Positions 39,419 to 52,878 of a stretch of DNA of 64,000 bases are shown here, one piece after another. The notes under the pieces are model-generated. The model did no database searches. It was not told the origin of the DNA and saw only the letters and a list, made by a program, of their open reading frames with translations. The stretch lies in contig NW_026926125.1 in the NCBI RefSeq assembly GCF_032062105.1, forward strand, positions 186,001 to 250,000, read 5' to 3'. A program made the position numbers and the translations under genes. The first letter of the stretch is position 1. The number at the start of each line of letters is the position of its first letter. The stretch comes from Saccostrea cucullata (lineage: Eukaryota).

Positions 39419-40646
39419 TATGGCAAGCCCTTTTGCTATTTATTCGGAAAATAAAATTTAACTTAAAATTACAGAGATATCTCTCATTTTGAGAGATATC
39501 TCTTTAAAAATAGAGATATCTCTCATTTTGAAGAGATATCTCTATGAGAAAGAGATATCTCTTAAACTTAGAGAGATATCTCTAATACTTAGAGAGAAAT
39601 CTCTTTTTATTAGAGAGATATCTCTTCCACTTGAAAAGATATCTTTTTCTCCTTGAGAGATATCTCTTTCGTGAAAAGAGATATCTATAAACGTTAAAGA
39701 GATATCTCTTTCACCTAGAGAGATATCTTTTTTACTTTTGGAGATATCTCTCAAGGATAAAGAGACATCTCTTAAAGTAAAAGAGATATCTCTCTTAGTT
39801 TATCTTAAGAGATATCTCTTAAAGTGAAAGAGATATCTTTCAAAAGTGTCTAAAAGAGATATCTCTTTCACTTTAAGAGATATCTCTTTGTCGCAAAGAG
39901 ATATCTCTATACAAATTTTTTATTTAAGTTCCATTTCAAATGACTTCTCCCTTTACCGGAAGTAAACTTTTTATTGACGGAAGTATAGTTTATTATTCAT
40001 AAGCTGAGAAAATTCGGTCCATTGCATATGCTTACTTTCGTTTTTGTGAATATTAAACTTTACGCATTTTTATCAACGAAGTTGCCATTATTATTTGTTG
40101 TTTCAAGTAAGGGATTTATAGCATTTTTGTCTACACAGTACATGTATTATTCAGGGTAATTCCTTGCTCAGTCTTTTTTTCTTGTAACAGAGAAACTATT
40201 CCAGAGACTTTACTTCATGTTTCGCTTTCGTTTTAAAGTGGAGAATTAATTATTCTATTTTAAGCATCACTGGAAAAGAGATATCTCTTTTATTAAAAGA
40301 GATATCTCTTAAGCTCATAAAGATATCTCTTTTTAAAAATCTAAAGAGATATCTCTCTAACTAAGAAAGATATCTCTTTTAACCTTGTTAAAGAGATATC
40401 TCTCTAACTTGAAGAGATATCTCTCTCGCTTAAAGAGATATCTCTCTAGCTTATAAAGATATCTCTCTAAGTAAAAGAGATATCTCTCTTACAAAAAGAG
40501 ATATCTCTCTAAGCTATAAAGATATCTCTTTTAGATAAAGAGATATCTCTATAAACTAAAGAGATATCTCTTTATGTTAGAGAGATATCTCTATTATTGA
40601 AAGAAAATTTTTATTTCACGAATAAATAGTAAAAGGGCTTGCCATA
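39419..40646. mobile_element. Nested TA-flanked TIR element with subterminal AGAGATATCTCT palindrome arrays
   Basis: TIR TATGGCAAGCCCTTTTGCTATTTATTCG / CGAATAAATAGTAAAAGGGCTTGCCATA; arrays at 39473-39910 and 40277-40592. Confidence 0.8.
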
Positions 40647-42660
40647 GTTTTAAGATTTAAAAATCGAATGTTTACCACACCGATTTCTTCGGGGGCCATC
40701 TTAAAAGTTGTCAAATTTTACTATCGGACCCTATGGGAATTTGTTGAAAAAGCGCCAAATTATAACAATTTTTCCATATTTTTTGTATTTCTGCCCTAGA
40801 GATTTTTTTTTCATTCAAATAGATGAAAGTTATTGTAAAAAGTCACCAAATTCTGAAAGTTTAAAAAAGTTCACCATTTAGGTTGATTTAAGAATAAATT
40901 TCTAAGTTCAGAAGTTTATTTTTTCAAAGCTAAATATCTCTAAAATTGCCATATTACAGTATGAATAAATATCAGTGCAGATGAATTATCGGCGCATATG
41001 ATTTTTTTCGGTAAAAAAATAGCGATGTGTAGATTTCTAGTATGTTTCTTTTGATGTTCTGTCATCAGTTTTTAGTATATTATTCATGGACGTCTTACAA
41101 GCGAGTCACACGTCATTCTTCAACGTCATGCATTGCATACAAAATCCGAAAATGGTGACGTCGTTAGAGCCATTTTAGCGGTTTTCCTCATTATATTTTC
41201 GTAAAATCACATTTTCAGACCAGTAGGGGTTAAAGATAATGTTAATTTTGTATTAAAATCAAAATATTTAGCAAGGGTTATTGTCGCACAAATGGCTGCA
41301 AGAAATTAAAAAGCTGCGCAGTCATGCGCACTCGAATTAGACTCGGCCTCGTTAAAACTGCGTACTGCTGGCATGTACATTTTGATTGCTGTTGTTTCTT
41401 GGTTCCTATCCCAGTCAAGAATTTTTACAAGTCACATTCTGATGTTTTTTTTTAATGATTGGGTTTGTTTAAAGCATAAACAAAACCAGAGGCATTAGCA
41501 AGAGGTACTGCTTACACTACCTATTCAGAATATGAATTGGGTGCATCTACAATGTTCACTTCTCTCTTTGGCTATGCCCATCATAATCAACTGAAAAATA
41601 TAAAATTGATTGATTGTTTTCTTGTATATTGTTGTCGTCCCTCTTGAGAATTCTTCACTCATTTGTACACCTAATAAAGAATTGAACACAGACAAGAATA
41701 TAAACTTACTGTTTTAAATCTGTGTGCTGCTGACAATTACACTTCCATCAGTGTTGTATCTTGGCTTCTATCACAGACAAGATTTAGTACAAGTCATATT
41801 CTGAAGTGTTATGAGTGAGTGGCTCAAAACAGTATTTTTTTTAATCCAGTGTTTATGCATAAAAAAAACCAGGGACATTAGTGACTGGTATCACTTTCAC
41901 TACCTATTCAGAATGTAGCTTGATTGCATCAACAATGTCCACTTCTACTTTTGGCCATGCCCATCATACTCTACTGAAAAATACAAAAGTTTTTGATTGC
42001 TTGTATGTTGTTTAACGTCCCTCTCAAGAAATTTTCGCTCATATTGAGACACCATACAAATCTGGAAATTTACAAGGAAAACCTACTGTCTTAAATCTGT
42101 GTACTGCTGGCAAATAGTTTCTATCACAGCCAAGATTTAGTACAAGTCATATTCTGAAGTTTTATGTGTTAGTGGCTCAAAACAGTTTTTTTAATCCAAT
42201 GGGTTTGTTTACAGCATAAACAAAACTAGGGACATTAGCAACTGGTACCACTTACACTGCCTATTCAGAATTTGAACTGAATGTATGAACAATGTCCACT
42301 TATCTCTTTGGTCATGCCCATCATATTAAACTGTAAATACAAAATTAAAAACAGACAAGGAAAAAAAATTACTCTCTTAAATCTGTGTATTGCTGGGAAG
42401 TAGATGTAGATTTCATTTGCTGTTGTTTCTTGGTACTATCTATCACAGCCAAGATTTAGTACAAGCCACACTCTGAATTTTAATGCGTGAGTGGCTCAAA
42501 GCAGTTTATAATCCATTGGGTTTGTTTACAGCATTGAAAAAACCAGGGACATTAGCAACTGGTACCACTTACACTCCCTATTGAGAATGTGACTCAAGTG
42601 TATCAACAATGTCCACTTAGCTCTTGACTTATGTCCACCATATTCAATTGAACATACAAA

Positions 42661-43322
42661 TGTAACAGGAAAGGAGAAAATGCATTTTCTCCTTTCCTGT
42701 TACAGATTTAATAATAAATAAACCTGTTATCTACATATCCCTAGACCAGGCAGGACTTGGAAAGGGGAAACTAAATTTACTTCAAATACCCTACATCCTA
42801 ACTGTTTCCTAACATGTGAAAAACGTGAAACTAAATCTAAGCCAAAACCTAGAGAACTTGTTAAACCATAAGGTTTTCTTAGTCCACTAAGTATCTAATC
42901 AAATAGTGCTCATAAACCATAAGGTTTTCTTAGCACAGAAAAGAGGAACTAACCATGAGGCTGTGTTCCCCAACCCAAGTGAAGAAAACTGCTCGAACAC
43001 GGGTTTAAATACCCTGTCAAGGCCCAAAATAAAAACCAATGACTATCAAAGATCCTATAGCTAAATTAACCAATCAGAACGCAGGTATCAAAATTACTAC
43101 GGAAAGACTGCCAACATGGATGACATTTCCTGTTTAAAAAGCAAAACATGTGGAATGTCAACTCATGTCCTCACTTATAAAAGACAAATAATAAAGGGCT
43201 TTTATGTAAGTAACAACTGAAAACAAATGGTAAATAGAATTATCAGATTGAAATACCAGCAAATACTTGTAAATAATGAATTACGAAACGATGGCTATGA
43301 AATAAAAATCTAAACCACTACA
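42661..43322 (-). mobile_element. Probable solo LTR (Gypsy-like)
   Basis: TG...CA ends; 4-bp TSD CAAA (42657-42660, 43323-43326); CCAAT, TATTTAAA and ATTAAA in order on the minus strand. Confidence 0.6.
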
Positions 43323-45066
43323 CAAACAAACACAAAATAATACGTATCGTCTTCAATCTGTGTAATGCTTGCACCTAGACTTTAATGTATTGATGTTGTT
43401 TCCTGGTATCTATCACAACCAAGACCGCCGAATCATTGCTAAAATATTGCCCACTCGTCGTTAAACAATAATCAGTTACAACAGTTCTGAAGTTTTAAGA
43501 GTGAGTGGTTGAATACAGTTTATTTCTATCCATTTGGTTTTAGTATACCATAGACAAAAGCAATGATATTAGTAGGTGGTACCGTTTTCCTTTTGCCGTT
43601 TTGATTAACCTTACTAAGGGAAAAACATTTTATGATCTAGATATTTACCATTCCAGCTGTGAATGAGTGATATATTAGTCCATTAATATTACATTGTTTG
43701 TTTCTAATGCAACTTCAACTATGAGACAATGTGTGTTATAAACATAAACAAATCCAAAAATTATTCCAGAAAGTATCGTGGTATGATTTTCTCTCAAGGT
43801 TCTCTCAAGGTTTCAGAGTTAGTTAAAGTGACTGTTAAAATCTTTGATTTTTGGAGACTCTCATTTGCAATATGACTTAGATTTTTTCCCTAAAATAATT
43901 ACGGATGCCGGCATGGCCGCATAGTACGTCAACCAAACACGGGTAACGTCAATATCCTAGGTGGAAAGTGTATAGGATCCTTATGATTTTGGAGCGTTGA
44001 TTTCTTTTTATCAAATTCTTAAATTAAAAGCCCATGCACATAATTCAATACACTGACAGGTATAAAATGAAGGTATATTTGATCTGGAAGTAAATTTGGG
44101 GAACGTAACTGCCATGTACACTTTCAATAAAAAATGGACCTAGCAAAAAATCAAATATTTTAAGAATTTTTATTTTCTTTAAGTTTAATACTAGTTTAAA
44201 CTGCAAATTCTAAAAAATAATGGCTGAAACAGTTGCATCATTGTGTTCACTAGTCATAACAATTAAAAATGACGTCATCGATACAGAGTTCGAAACGTGC
44301 TGGTCTCGAGAACTTTGGGGACGATTTTAGGGTACGGACGAATTTAGGGTACACAACGATACTTGTGCTTATTTCATGACAATACATTCGTTTTATTTTG
44401 AATGAAAATTATAAAGATAAAAATATGAACATTGACATAAAACGCATTATAACGTCAATATCTCCAAACCTGATTTCTCTTTTATAGGCCCCAATTTCTA
44501 TTTTTATTTTAATCCTCTCCTTCTTTCCGTGCATCCAAAGCCTTCGCGGCCTACAACTCGTGTGAAGTCATGGTAACAGTATCCGGGTCGTTCGGAGCGG
44601 GTATGGTGCAAAAATAATCCGGAATATTAAGAGATATTATATCATTTTTTGAAATTAAAAAGAAAAAACATTAAAAAATAATGATAATCAATTAAATATT
44701 AATTCGTGCTTATAGTGTTCATGTCCGTTTTGGGTCACCATATGTTTCCCGAATTTTCGGAAAGATTGGTAATGGTAAAAGTAGACCATATGCGTAAATA
44801 TTAAATTATATTAATGCAAATAAGTTTTTATTTTATTTCTTCAATATAATTTTATGCAATTGAATTATCCCACATAAACACTTATCTATCAAACAACAAA
44901 TTCAGATAGCGGTACTGTCCGAATTACTCAATATTAATTAATTTGTTTAACTTGCAACTAACTTTACCCAAACCTAATTCTCCATTGTGACGTTTAGTTG
45001 TTTTATTTTTCTTATCCGACTGTCGGATTTCCTAAAGGAAGCAGAGCTAGATCAACTCTCATCAAA

Positions 45067-48000
45067 ATGTTGGGCAGGTCTTTCTTTGCTGACATGGATA
45101 ACGATCCATTTTTTGAGTAAGCATAATTTTTGTTGTTACAAATTTAAAATGGTGATTGGTTTTAAGAGTTACATGTGGTTTCATTTTGACCACAATTGGT
45201 CTTGGTCATAGGTTTATGTCTCATCTTTTAACTGTATCTCCATATATGTTGTAAGATGTATAATTTAAGCACAATGTAATGAACTGAAGATGAACTTGAT
45301 GTTATCATGGTTATTGCTTAAATACATGAGTAAACAATTGGCAAAATTCCATTATATTTTTATCACTGCAGGGGGCATCGAGAACATATGAGAAATATGG
45401 ATAGAATGTTTCAGAATCCCTTTGGGAGCATGTTTGGGGGCAATCCCATGCTGCAAGAGCCAAGAAGAGGGGGTCAGCAAATGGCGGTTGCCCCACGTAA
45501 CAACCAAGCAATGTCTCCTTTTGGCTTTGACTTTGGCTTCAACAACATTTTTAGTAACATGAACAACATGATGGCGAATATGGAAAGAACATTTGTAAGT
45601 CAGTCAGGGTAAAATTATGGTTTGTTGTGTAAGATCTTAAAAATATGTTGTTAAACATATCAGCTACGAAGGCAAATAGTTTAGGCTTATAATTGATTTA
45701 CAAAATTACATTCTCTGAGTATATACTGTATACAGGGTTAATATTTTCGCCCCATGTTATTTTCACCCTTTTGCACTAGCGAACTAGTTTGCCCCGTTTT
45801 AAATTCGCCCAGTCATAGTTTTGTTTGAGAAATTATGCTGTGTAATTTGAATTCGCACCGTTTTAATTTAAATTCACCCAATCAGGAAGAGGGCGAAAGG
45901 GGCGAAAATAAAACGGGGGTGAAAATTTCCATGTATACAGTAGTCTGATTACTATAGATCATGATGCAATAAGTTTATACTTACACCATTTTCAATTTTT
46001 GTTTAAAAATGATGAAATAATGATAAAAAAAAATCTAAATGTCCTTTGTTTTTATTATAGGAGAGTGCCAGAAATAACCCAAATGCACAGGTATTTTCCC
46101 AGTCTGCTGTATATTCCTATACAAACACAGGAGGAGAGGGAAGCAGACCCAGAGTGTATGAGGCCACATCCTCAACCCTACAAGCCCCTGGGGGAGTAAG
46201 TGCTAAAATGGTTGCTTCTATATGTATTTTGTTAAATTGTAGCATTTTTAGCTCACCTCAACGAAGTTGGGGGAGCTTATGTAATACCCTCGGCGTCGGC
46301 GTCGGCGTCGGTGTCGGCGTCGGCGTCCCGGGTTAAGGTTAAGTTTTTTGGAGCAGTTTTCTTTTTAAGTACTTCTATGTCCTATATTGATTAGACATGC
46401 ATGGAAGATGGTTCTAGTGTGTTTCATTGTACCAGTCAAAGTTTCAGATGCTGCAATTTTAGCAAAGGAATGACCAGGTTAATGTTTTTGAAGCAGGTTA
46501 ACATTTTTGGTGCAGTTTTTGGTGTAGGTTTCATTTCCAAGTAACTATAAGCCCTATGTTAACCAAACTTGCATGGATGATACATCTAAGGATGCATACT
46601 ACCGGGCTTGCTTCGGATGCTGAATCTGACCTACTTTTTCCGGTTGAGTGAACAGGTTAAATTTTTTTGGTGCAGGTTTCATTTCCAAGTATCTGTAAGT
46701 CCTATGTTGACCAAACTTGCATGGATGATACATCTAAGGATGGATACAACCAGGCTTGCTTCGGATGCTGAATCTGACCTACATTTTCCGGTTGAGTGAA
46801 CAGGTTAAAGTTTTTGGTGCAGGTTTCATTTCCAAGTATCTGTAAGTCCTATGTTGACCAAACTTGCATGGATGATACATCTAAGGATGGATACTACCAG
46901 GCTTGCTTCGGATGCTGAATCTGACCTACATTTTCCGGTTGAGTGAACAGGTTAAAGTTTTTGGTGCAGGTTTCATTTCCAAGTAACTATAAGCCCTATG
47001 TTGACCAAACTTGCATGGATGATACATCTAAGGATGGATACTACCGAGCTTGCTTCGGATGCTGAATCTGACCTACATTTTCCAGTTGAGTGAACAGGTT
47101 AAAGTGTTTGGAGCAGGTTTCATTTGCAAGTAACTATGAGTTCTTTAATGACCAATCTTGCATGGATGATAAATCTAAGGATGCACACTACCGGGCTTCC
47201 TTCGGATGCTGAATCTGACCTACATTTTCCGGTTGAGTGAACAAGTAAAAGTTTTTGGTGCAGGTTTCATTTCCAAGTAACTATGAGTTCTTTAATGACC
47301 AATCTTGCATGGATGATACATCTTAGGATGCATACTACCAGGCTTGCTTCGGATGCTGAATCTGACCTACATTTTGTGGATGAGTGAAAATGTTAGTTTT
47401 TGATGTATGTTTCATTTCCAATTAACTATGAGCCTTATAATGTGCAAACTTGCATGGACGATACATCTTAGGATGCACACTAATGGACTTGCTTCGGATG
47501 CTGAATTCGACATATATATTTTTCAGATAATAGACCAGGTTAAAGTTATGGTTGCAGGTCTATTACCAAAAAACTTTAAGGCTTTTATAACATTGTTTAA
47601 ACCAAACTTGCACAAATGTTGCATCAAGAGATGAAAACTCAAATTTGCTTTAGATGCTGAATTACATTTTCATGAAGAAGAACTACTTTAAATTTTTTAT
47701 GTTGGTCTACTTCAAAGTATCAGATCAAAATTGCTTAGATATTTTCATTTTTGGAATGTACATTTTTTGTTGGTTAATTGTGTGACTTTGCCTTATTTAA
47801 AGACAACATTCGTTGAGGTGAGCTCTGTAATCTCTGATTACCTATGTTTATACTTTGCCCCGGGTATTTGTAAATGAGATAGTTATTAGTAATACAGTTT
47901 TTCTTCATGGACAAAGGGTTTGAAAAAAATTTAAAAGGAAAAGACCACAAAAATCATTTTGGGAGCAAGGAGCTGAGTTTTTTTTTTTTTTTTCTTTTTC

Positions 48001-49082
48001 TTTACAGTTTTGAAATCTATTATAATTGTCAGTGGGTGTTATCTTACCAATGTAAATAGTGATTTATAAATTTCAGATAAGAGAAACCAGGAAAACTGTA
48101 AGGGATTCAGAAAGAGGTGACAAAATGGCCATTGGACACCACATAAGGGATCGAGCTCACATCATTCAGAAAACTCGGCGCAGGGATGGGGACATTGAGG
48201 AGGAGCAAGAGCTCATTAACCTGGAAGAAAGTAGGAGTTTAATTTATATACACTTCCATACATTGTCTTTTTTTTAATCGATTGATGTATTGCAGCTATA
48301 TATTTTATAATTAAGGTTAGAAGGAATAGAGAGAATTGATATTTCTAACATAATGTTACTCCATTACATGAATTCTTTAATAGTATGGTAGTACCATACT
48401 ATTAATTAAGGGTATACTTAACACAAACAAAAATTTAATGCATGGATTGATTTATATCTTTTGACTGATTTTGATTTGAAATTACACAAGAATAATAAAT
48501 CCATCAAATATAAAGAAATTGTAAGTTATCTTTGTTCTTTAGATATTAGACTTGATTTGTTTGCTCTCTATGCAATTCAATACAAAATTTTGCACAATTT
48601 ACCTAATACATGTGTATGACAAATTCTTATCAATTTCTCCCATTATACCCGGTAAACATTATTCATATAACCAGTTTGAATGTAAATCTATGAGGAATAT
48701 TGCTGATGTCTGAAAAACAGTTTGTGTTATTTATCTTGAATTGATTTTTTTTTTTGAAGAGTTACCCCATATGGAAAGTATGTATACTATGAGTACATTG
48801 TTTGAAAATGCCCAACTGTCAATGAATTGTCAAAAATTAGTTGCAAGGGTGAAAGGGAATTGTAGCTCATCATGTGTAACATGGAGTTCAGTATTCAATT
48901 CTTTTTAAATAATTTTACCAGGTGAAAAAGAGAGGTTTGATAGAGAGTTTGAAGAGAAGAAAAGGGAATCGATGAGAGGTCTGGAGTATAGACGCAGAGG
49001 TGAAAGGTCAGAAAGAAAAGCCCTCCCTGATCCTAATGAGAGGCGGAGCTACAGGGACCGTGAGAGAAGGGAGAGGAATTAA
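45067..49082 (+). CDS. MLF: Myeloid leukemia factor, ~240 aa (exons 45067-45116, 45372-45594, 46061-46195, 48077-48230, 48922-49082)
   Basis: DNDPFF start; [24 protein letters not shown]...[12 protein letters not shown]...[10 protein letters not shown]...FDREF motifs; exons join to 723 nt. Confidence 0.92.
45724..45942. mobile_element. TA-flanked MITE in MLF intron 2
   Basis: TACTGTATACAGGG...TTTCGCCCC / GGGGTGAAAATTTCCATGTATACAGTA. Confidence 0.7.
46246..47850 (+). mobile_element. HINE/Helentron-type element carrying a 147-bp tandem array (~46500-47540) in MLF intron 3
   Basis: TTTTTAGCTCACCTCAACGAA ... TTCGTTGAGGTGAGCT subterminal inverted repeat; (GGCGTC)n; unit starts at 46653, 46801, 46948, 47095. 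Confidence 0.75.
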
Positions 49083-50819
49083 GGTAGGGACCATATATTA
49101 AATTTTTACTGTGTAATCACTATACTTCAGAGGAGGTTAATTTTTGTCGTTTTCCAGGTATAGAGATCCAGATATTCATATTCCCACCAAATTGTCAAAG
49201 TTTTATACTACAGACAGTACAATGGTCTTCCTTTAACCACGAAATTAAATCCCGACAAATGTTATTTTTCCTTAAAACCTAAAATTTTGACTCTTCGAAA
49301 TTATGTTTGTGTCCCTTTTTATGGTAACACTAATTCATTTAATAGTATATAAATTATAAAGCCAATAAATTCTGCAATGTTTCCCAGTAGAAAGGAGAGC
49401 AGTGAAGCTTGTAAACATTCCATAACTTGTTAAAAAACATTTTTCCTCTTTTTTTTACAGACTCCAAATTAAAAAAAAATGGTTTGAGAGAATTGTGCAA
49501 GAGATGGATGCTACAGAATACCTGGTGATAACTATTATTTATGTAATAAATTATAACTGAAAGGAATCTGTGAGAGGATGGATCTCTACAATATTTCAGC
49601 TGTTGTTGTACTAAAAGCAAGAACTGACTTATTTTAATTCAAATTGATTGTACTTAGGTAGTGAATGCAACAGACAAAAGAGTTTTCACAAAGAATCTTG
49701 CAGATTTTTTTTGTTCAGCATTTTTCTGTGCAAATTGAAATCCGTCCTTTCTATCTCTCTGTTTGCATACATCATCTTGCCAGAGGAGCTTTTTGGATCT
49801 GGATTATCTCCCTTTTTAGTTGTGCAGTTTAAATGTGTAGTCCTTTAATATTTAATATGTTACACAATTTTATTATCATTATTTTTTTTTTTGTTAGTGG
49901 CCAGAGTTTATCTCTATAAATAAGTATTTATATAATGAATGTATCACACACCTTTAGGTCTAATACCTAGCATATACATTGTCCATTTACTTGTAAGTTT
50001 TTCTGTGTGTGTCACAATGATATGTACCAGGTTTTTTCAGTTTTATGTTTTAAAATAACTGTTCATTTTTACTTGATCGTTTTAATAATTAATTTCAACA
50101 ATGATGCCAAAAAGGTTTCCTTAAAGTTAGTACAAATCTTTTGTCTTTGATTTATGAAATGTATAATGACATAAAAGATGTGTTGGATATTTATTGAATG
50201 ATGGATCACATTTATAAAACCTAATGAATGTAAAATATATCGTAACCTTTTCATTATTGATTGATATATAAATAATTCTTTTTCTGTAAAATGCTTGCAA
50301 ATTTTTAAACAAAGAAAAGGGTTTCTAATGTTTTGTACTATAAAGAAGGAATATACATTTGTACAATGAACATGAGAAAAATTCAATCATCTTATGGAAG
50401 GGATGTATAATTTACTATTTAACATTCCTGTTTACTAACATTCCTTAGATAATAATGAATTAAATTGTGACTTGGCTTGTACAAGCTCAAACTACTAGTA
50501 TTTTTTCATTATTGTCATGTTTGCAATCAGTAGCTCATGATTTAATTGTCTCTCAAATGCTTACATTTCTAAACGAGATTCAGTAGCTCAAGAAGAATTG
50601 GTAAAAACCTTTGTTCCTTTTTTCCCTAGGGTCTCTTGGTGTATATTTTTGATCAGTACAATTCAATTATCCAGTGATAATATAAAATCCAGTATGCCAT
50701 ACATATTGTTTGTATATTTATTGTGTGTGTGTTTTTTTTTCATTGAATAAATAGAAACATGCATTGAAAATTTTTTTTATCTGTATTTTAACTGAATTGA
50801 GGGCTTCCATGATTCTGTC

Positions 50820-51381
50820 AACGAAGTCACAATATGTGGCAATTGAAGAAACTCGGTTGTTGGTTTTTACCTTGTTTGTCTGAAGAAACTTTAACCTTGC
50901 CTGTATCTTTTGATTGGTTAGAGCATGTGCTTTCCTCATGACAAATCCTTCTTTCGGTACTGTATGTTTTGAACAACGTATTTGACCTCTTATTTCATTG
51001 TGACAAAACCTTTCCTTGGGTATAAATAACCTTGAAGTTTGACCCACGTTTACAAAAAATTATGGAACTTTGACCTTGGCTGTATGTTTTGAACATGTAG
51101 TGCTAGGGCTTTTATATTTCATTGTGACAAAACGTTTCCTTGGGTATAAATATTGTTGACCTAGATCGTAGATTTTAACAAGTTTGACCTACTTTTAAAA
51201 ACTTTAACCTTTCAATGTCATAACTTTTATTTCTTAGGTTTTATATTTAAAGGTATATTTTTGGTGACATGAGCTAAACATGTATTTGGATTTATTAACC
51301 TTGGATTTTGACCAACTTCTGAAAAAGCCCACTTTTTACCCTTGGGGGGCAATTTAACTTTACCCAAGGATGCAGCTTTCC

Positions 51382-51415
<34 letters not shown>

Positions 51416-51715
51416 GGTTCTATATATTTCTACGTAAAACTTGGATTCCCTATAGTGGCCCCGCCCTATGTCAACTATAATTTACTATACACTACCCAAG
51501 GTGCTTCCACATAAGGTCTTCTTGAGAAGAAGTTTTTTTTCACCGGTCTATATATTTCTTGTGAAAAAGTTTTTTAATATCTACACTGGGTGCCATTAAT
51601 TATGATAATAACACCTTGACCTTTGAGTTAGACCACTTAAAAAAAAAAAGTTTACAGACGGACGGACAGACAGACTGTGATCAGAAAAAAGCCTTCGGCT
51701 CAGGTGAGCTAAAAA
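50820..51715. mobile_element. Fragments of HINE/Helentron-type repeats
   Basis: CAGACGGACGGACAGAC ... CAGGTGAGCTAAAAA end; Cg170-like GTTCTTGAGAAGAAGATTTT. Confidence 0.55.
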
Positions 51716-51874
51716 TACTGGTACTTTGCAAATAGCCATATAATGCAACTTTTGAGCAGTTGATGCTTTGGCTTTCATATTTCACAGGTTTATTGAAACA
51801 AGTCCTTTCTTTTGGGTTACAACATATTTGAAGTCAAACTGCAACAGGAAAGTTACAAGAAAGGAGAAAATGTG

Positions 51875-52310
51875 TGGCTGGACTTGGAATTGAACTTGGG
51901 ACCTCTGCATCATTAGTGAGCCACTCTACCAACTGAGCTCCCCTAATATCAATTGTCTTTGAAGGCACAACCCAGATTCTTATTTGCCTCTGGCATGACT
52001 TACTCTACAGGTGGTCAATGACTGTATATTGTCCTGGAGTTGAACTATGGACCTCAGTATTATTAAAAAGGTGCTCCACCAACTGACCTCCATGGCTCAA
52101 ACCATTACACTCCTCCTCCTTTAATTTGTCTTCGCCCTCAAATGTATCACTAAAGTTTTTTTAATATGCCCCTGGCATGACTATTATCTGCAAGTCCAAG
52201 GTTAGGTTAACAATGCCAATTTATGCAAAAGGAATAGGGGATATGGACCAGGAATTGAACCATGAACCCCTACATTGCTATTCAGACTCTCCATCAACTG
52301 AGCTCCACAG
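51875..52310 (-). repeat. Three degenerate tRNA-derived repeats
   Basis: AGCTCAGTTGG ... GTTCAA(T/C)TCC A/B-box pairs at ~51880-51940, 52035-52090 and 52248-52305. Confidence 0.5.
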
Positions 52311-52801
52311 GCTAACATTCACAGGCCAAGGCATTTAAAACCTTAGTTATATATATGACCAACTTCATTCAACCCATCCTCGCAATGACAGGGGTCCTGA
52401 GTCAACATGTTGCTAATGGACCCCTGGCAAATTTCATTCAATATTTTGTGGGCTGAATAAAGCAACGTCTTCTGAAAAAATTGCAAATCTTATCTTTCAA
52501 CCAATCACATTAAGCCATTTTATGATATTAAAAAGCTTATAACGTGCATTTGCAGTGTCAATTGAATCCTTATCCAACTATTCATGAAAGCTTTAATTTG
52601 ATTGGTACTTCTCAATGAGAGAAACAAGCCCACAAATGAAATATGCTTTGGGTCCAACGAAAACATGATGACTCAGGACATCTAGCATTGCAAGGATGCT
52701 TTTGACTTGAAAATGTTTATTTACTTGTATGCAAATAAAGAAAAAGAATGAGATCTTGAGCAATTTATTACTGTATACAAATGACTATGGCACAAAGATG
52801 C

Positions 52802-52878
52802 AAAACATTACACATATTTCTCCACTGAACACATTTTCATATTTTCTGTGCTCAGTATCATTAGCGTGCAAATATTTT
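52802..52878 (-). promoter_or_regulatory. SECIS element in the 3' UTR of the PRXL2B/SelU gene
   Basis: AUGAU-ACUGAGCACA-GAAAAUAUGAAAA-UGUGUUCAGU-GGAG: UGA/GA quartet, 10-bp helix II, apical AAA, helix I UUGCACG/UGUGUAA; AATAAA at 52764-52769. Confidence 0.88.

Larger units (their letters stand above)
38123..41351. mobile_element. ~3.2-kb non-autonomous TIR DNA element inserted at a TTAA site
   Basis: TIR CGAGGCCGAGTGTAATT / AATTAGACTCGGCCTCG; empty site CTGTC-TTAA-ATCTG at 5522-5535 in the paralogous block. Confidence 0.75.
37010..42660. repeat. Complex tandem repeat paralogous to 4430-6460, split by the insertion at 38123-41351
   Basis: Same unit sequence on both sides of the insertion. 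Confidence 0.75.

Noticed and set aside
39473-40592. CRISPR-like repeat/spacer appearance
   Set aside because: Repeats are only 12 bp with ~10-bp spacers, there are no cas genes, the context is eukaryotic, and the arrays are enclosed by TIRs
49354-51047. Short ORFs downstream of MLF
   Set aside because: AT-rich UTR or repeat sequence with no motifs or splice support
52389-52427. Alternative SECIS candidate (CAGGGGTCC...GGACCCCTG hairpin)
   Set aside because: Lacks the UGA/GA core on the gene strand; resembles the terminal palindrome of a repeat element
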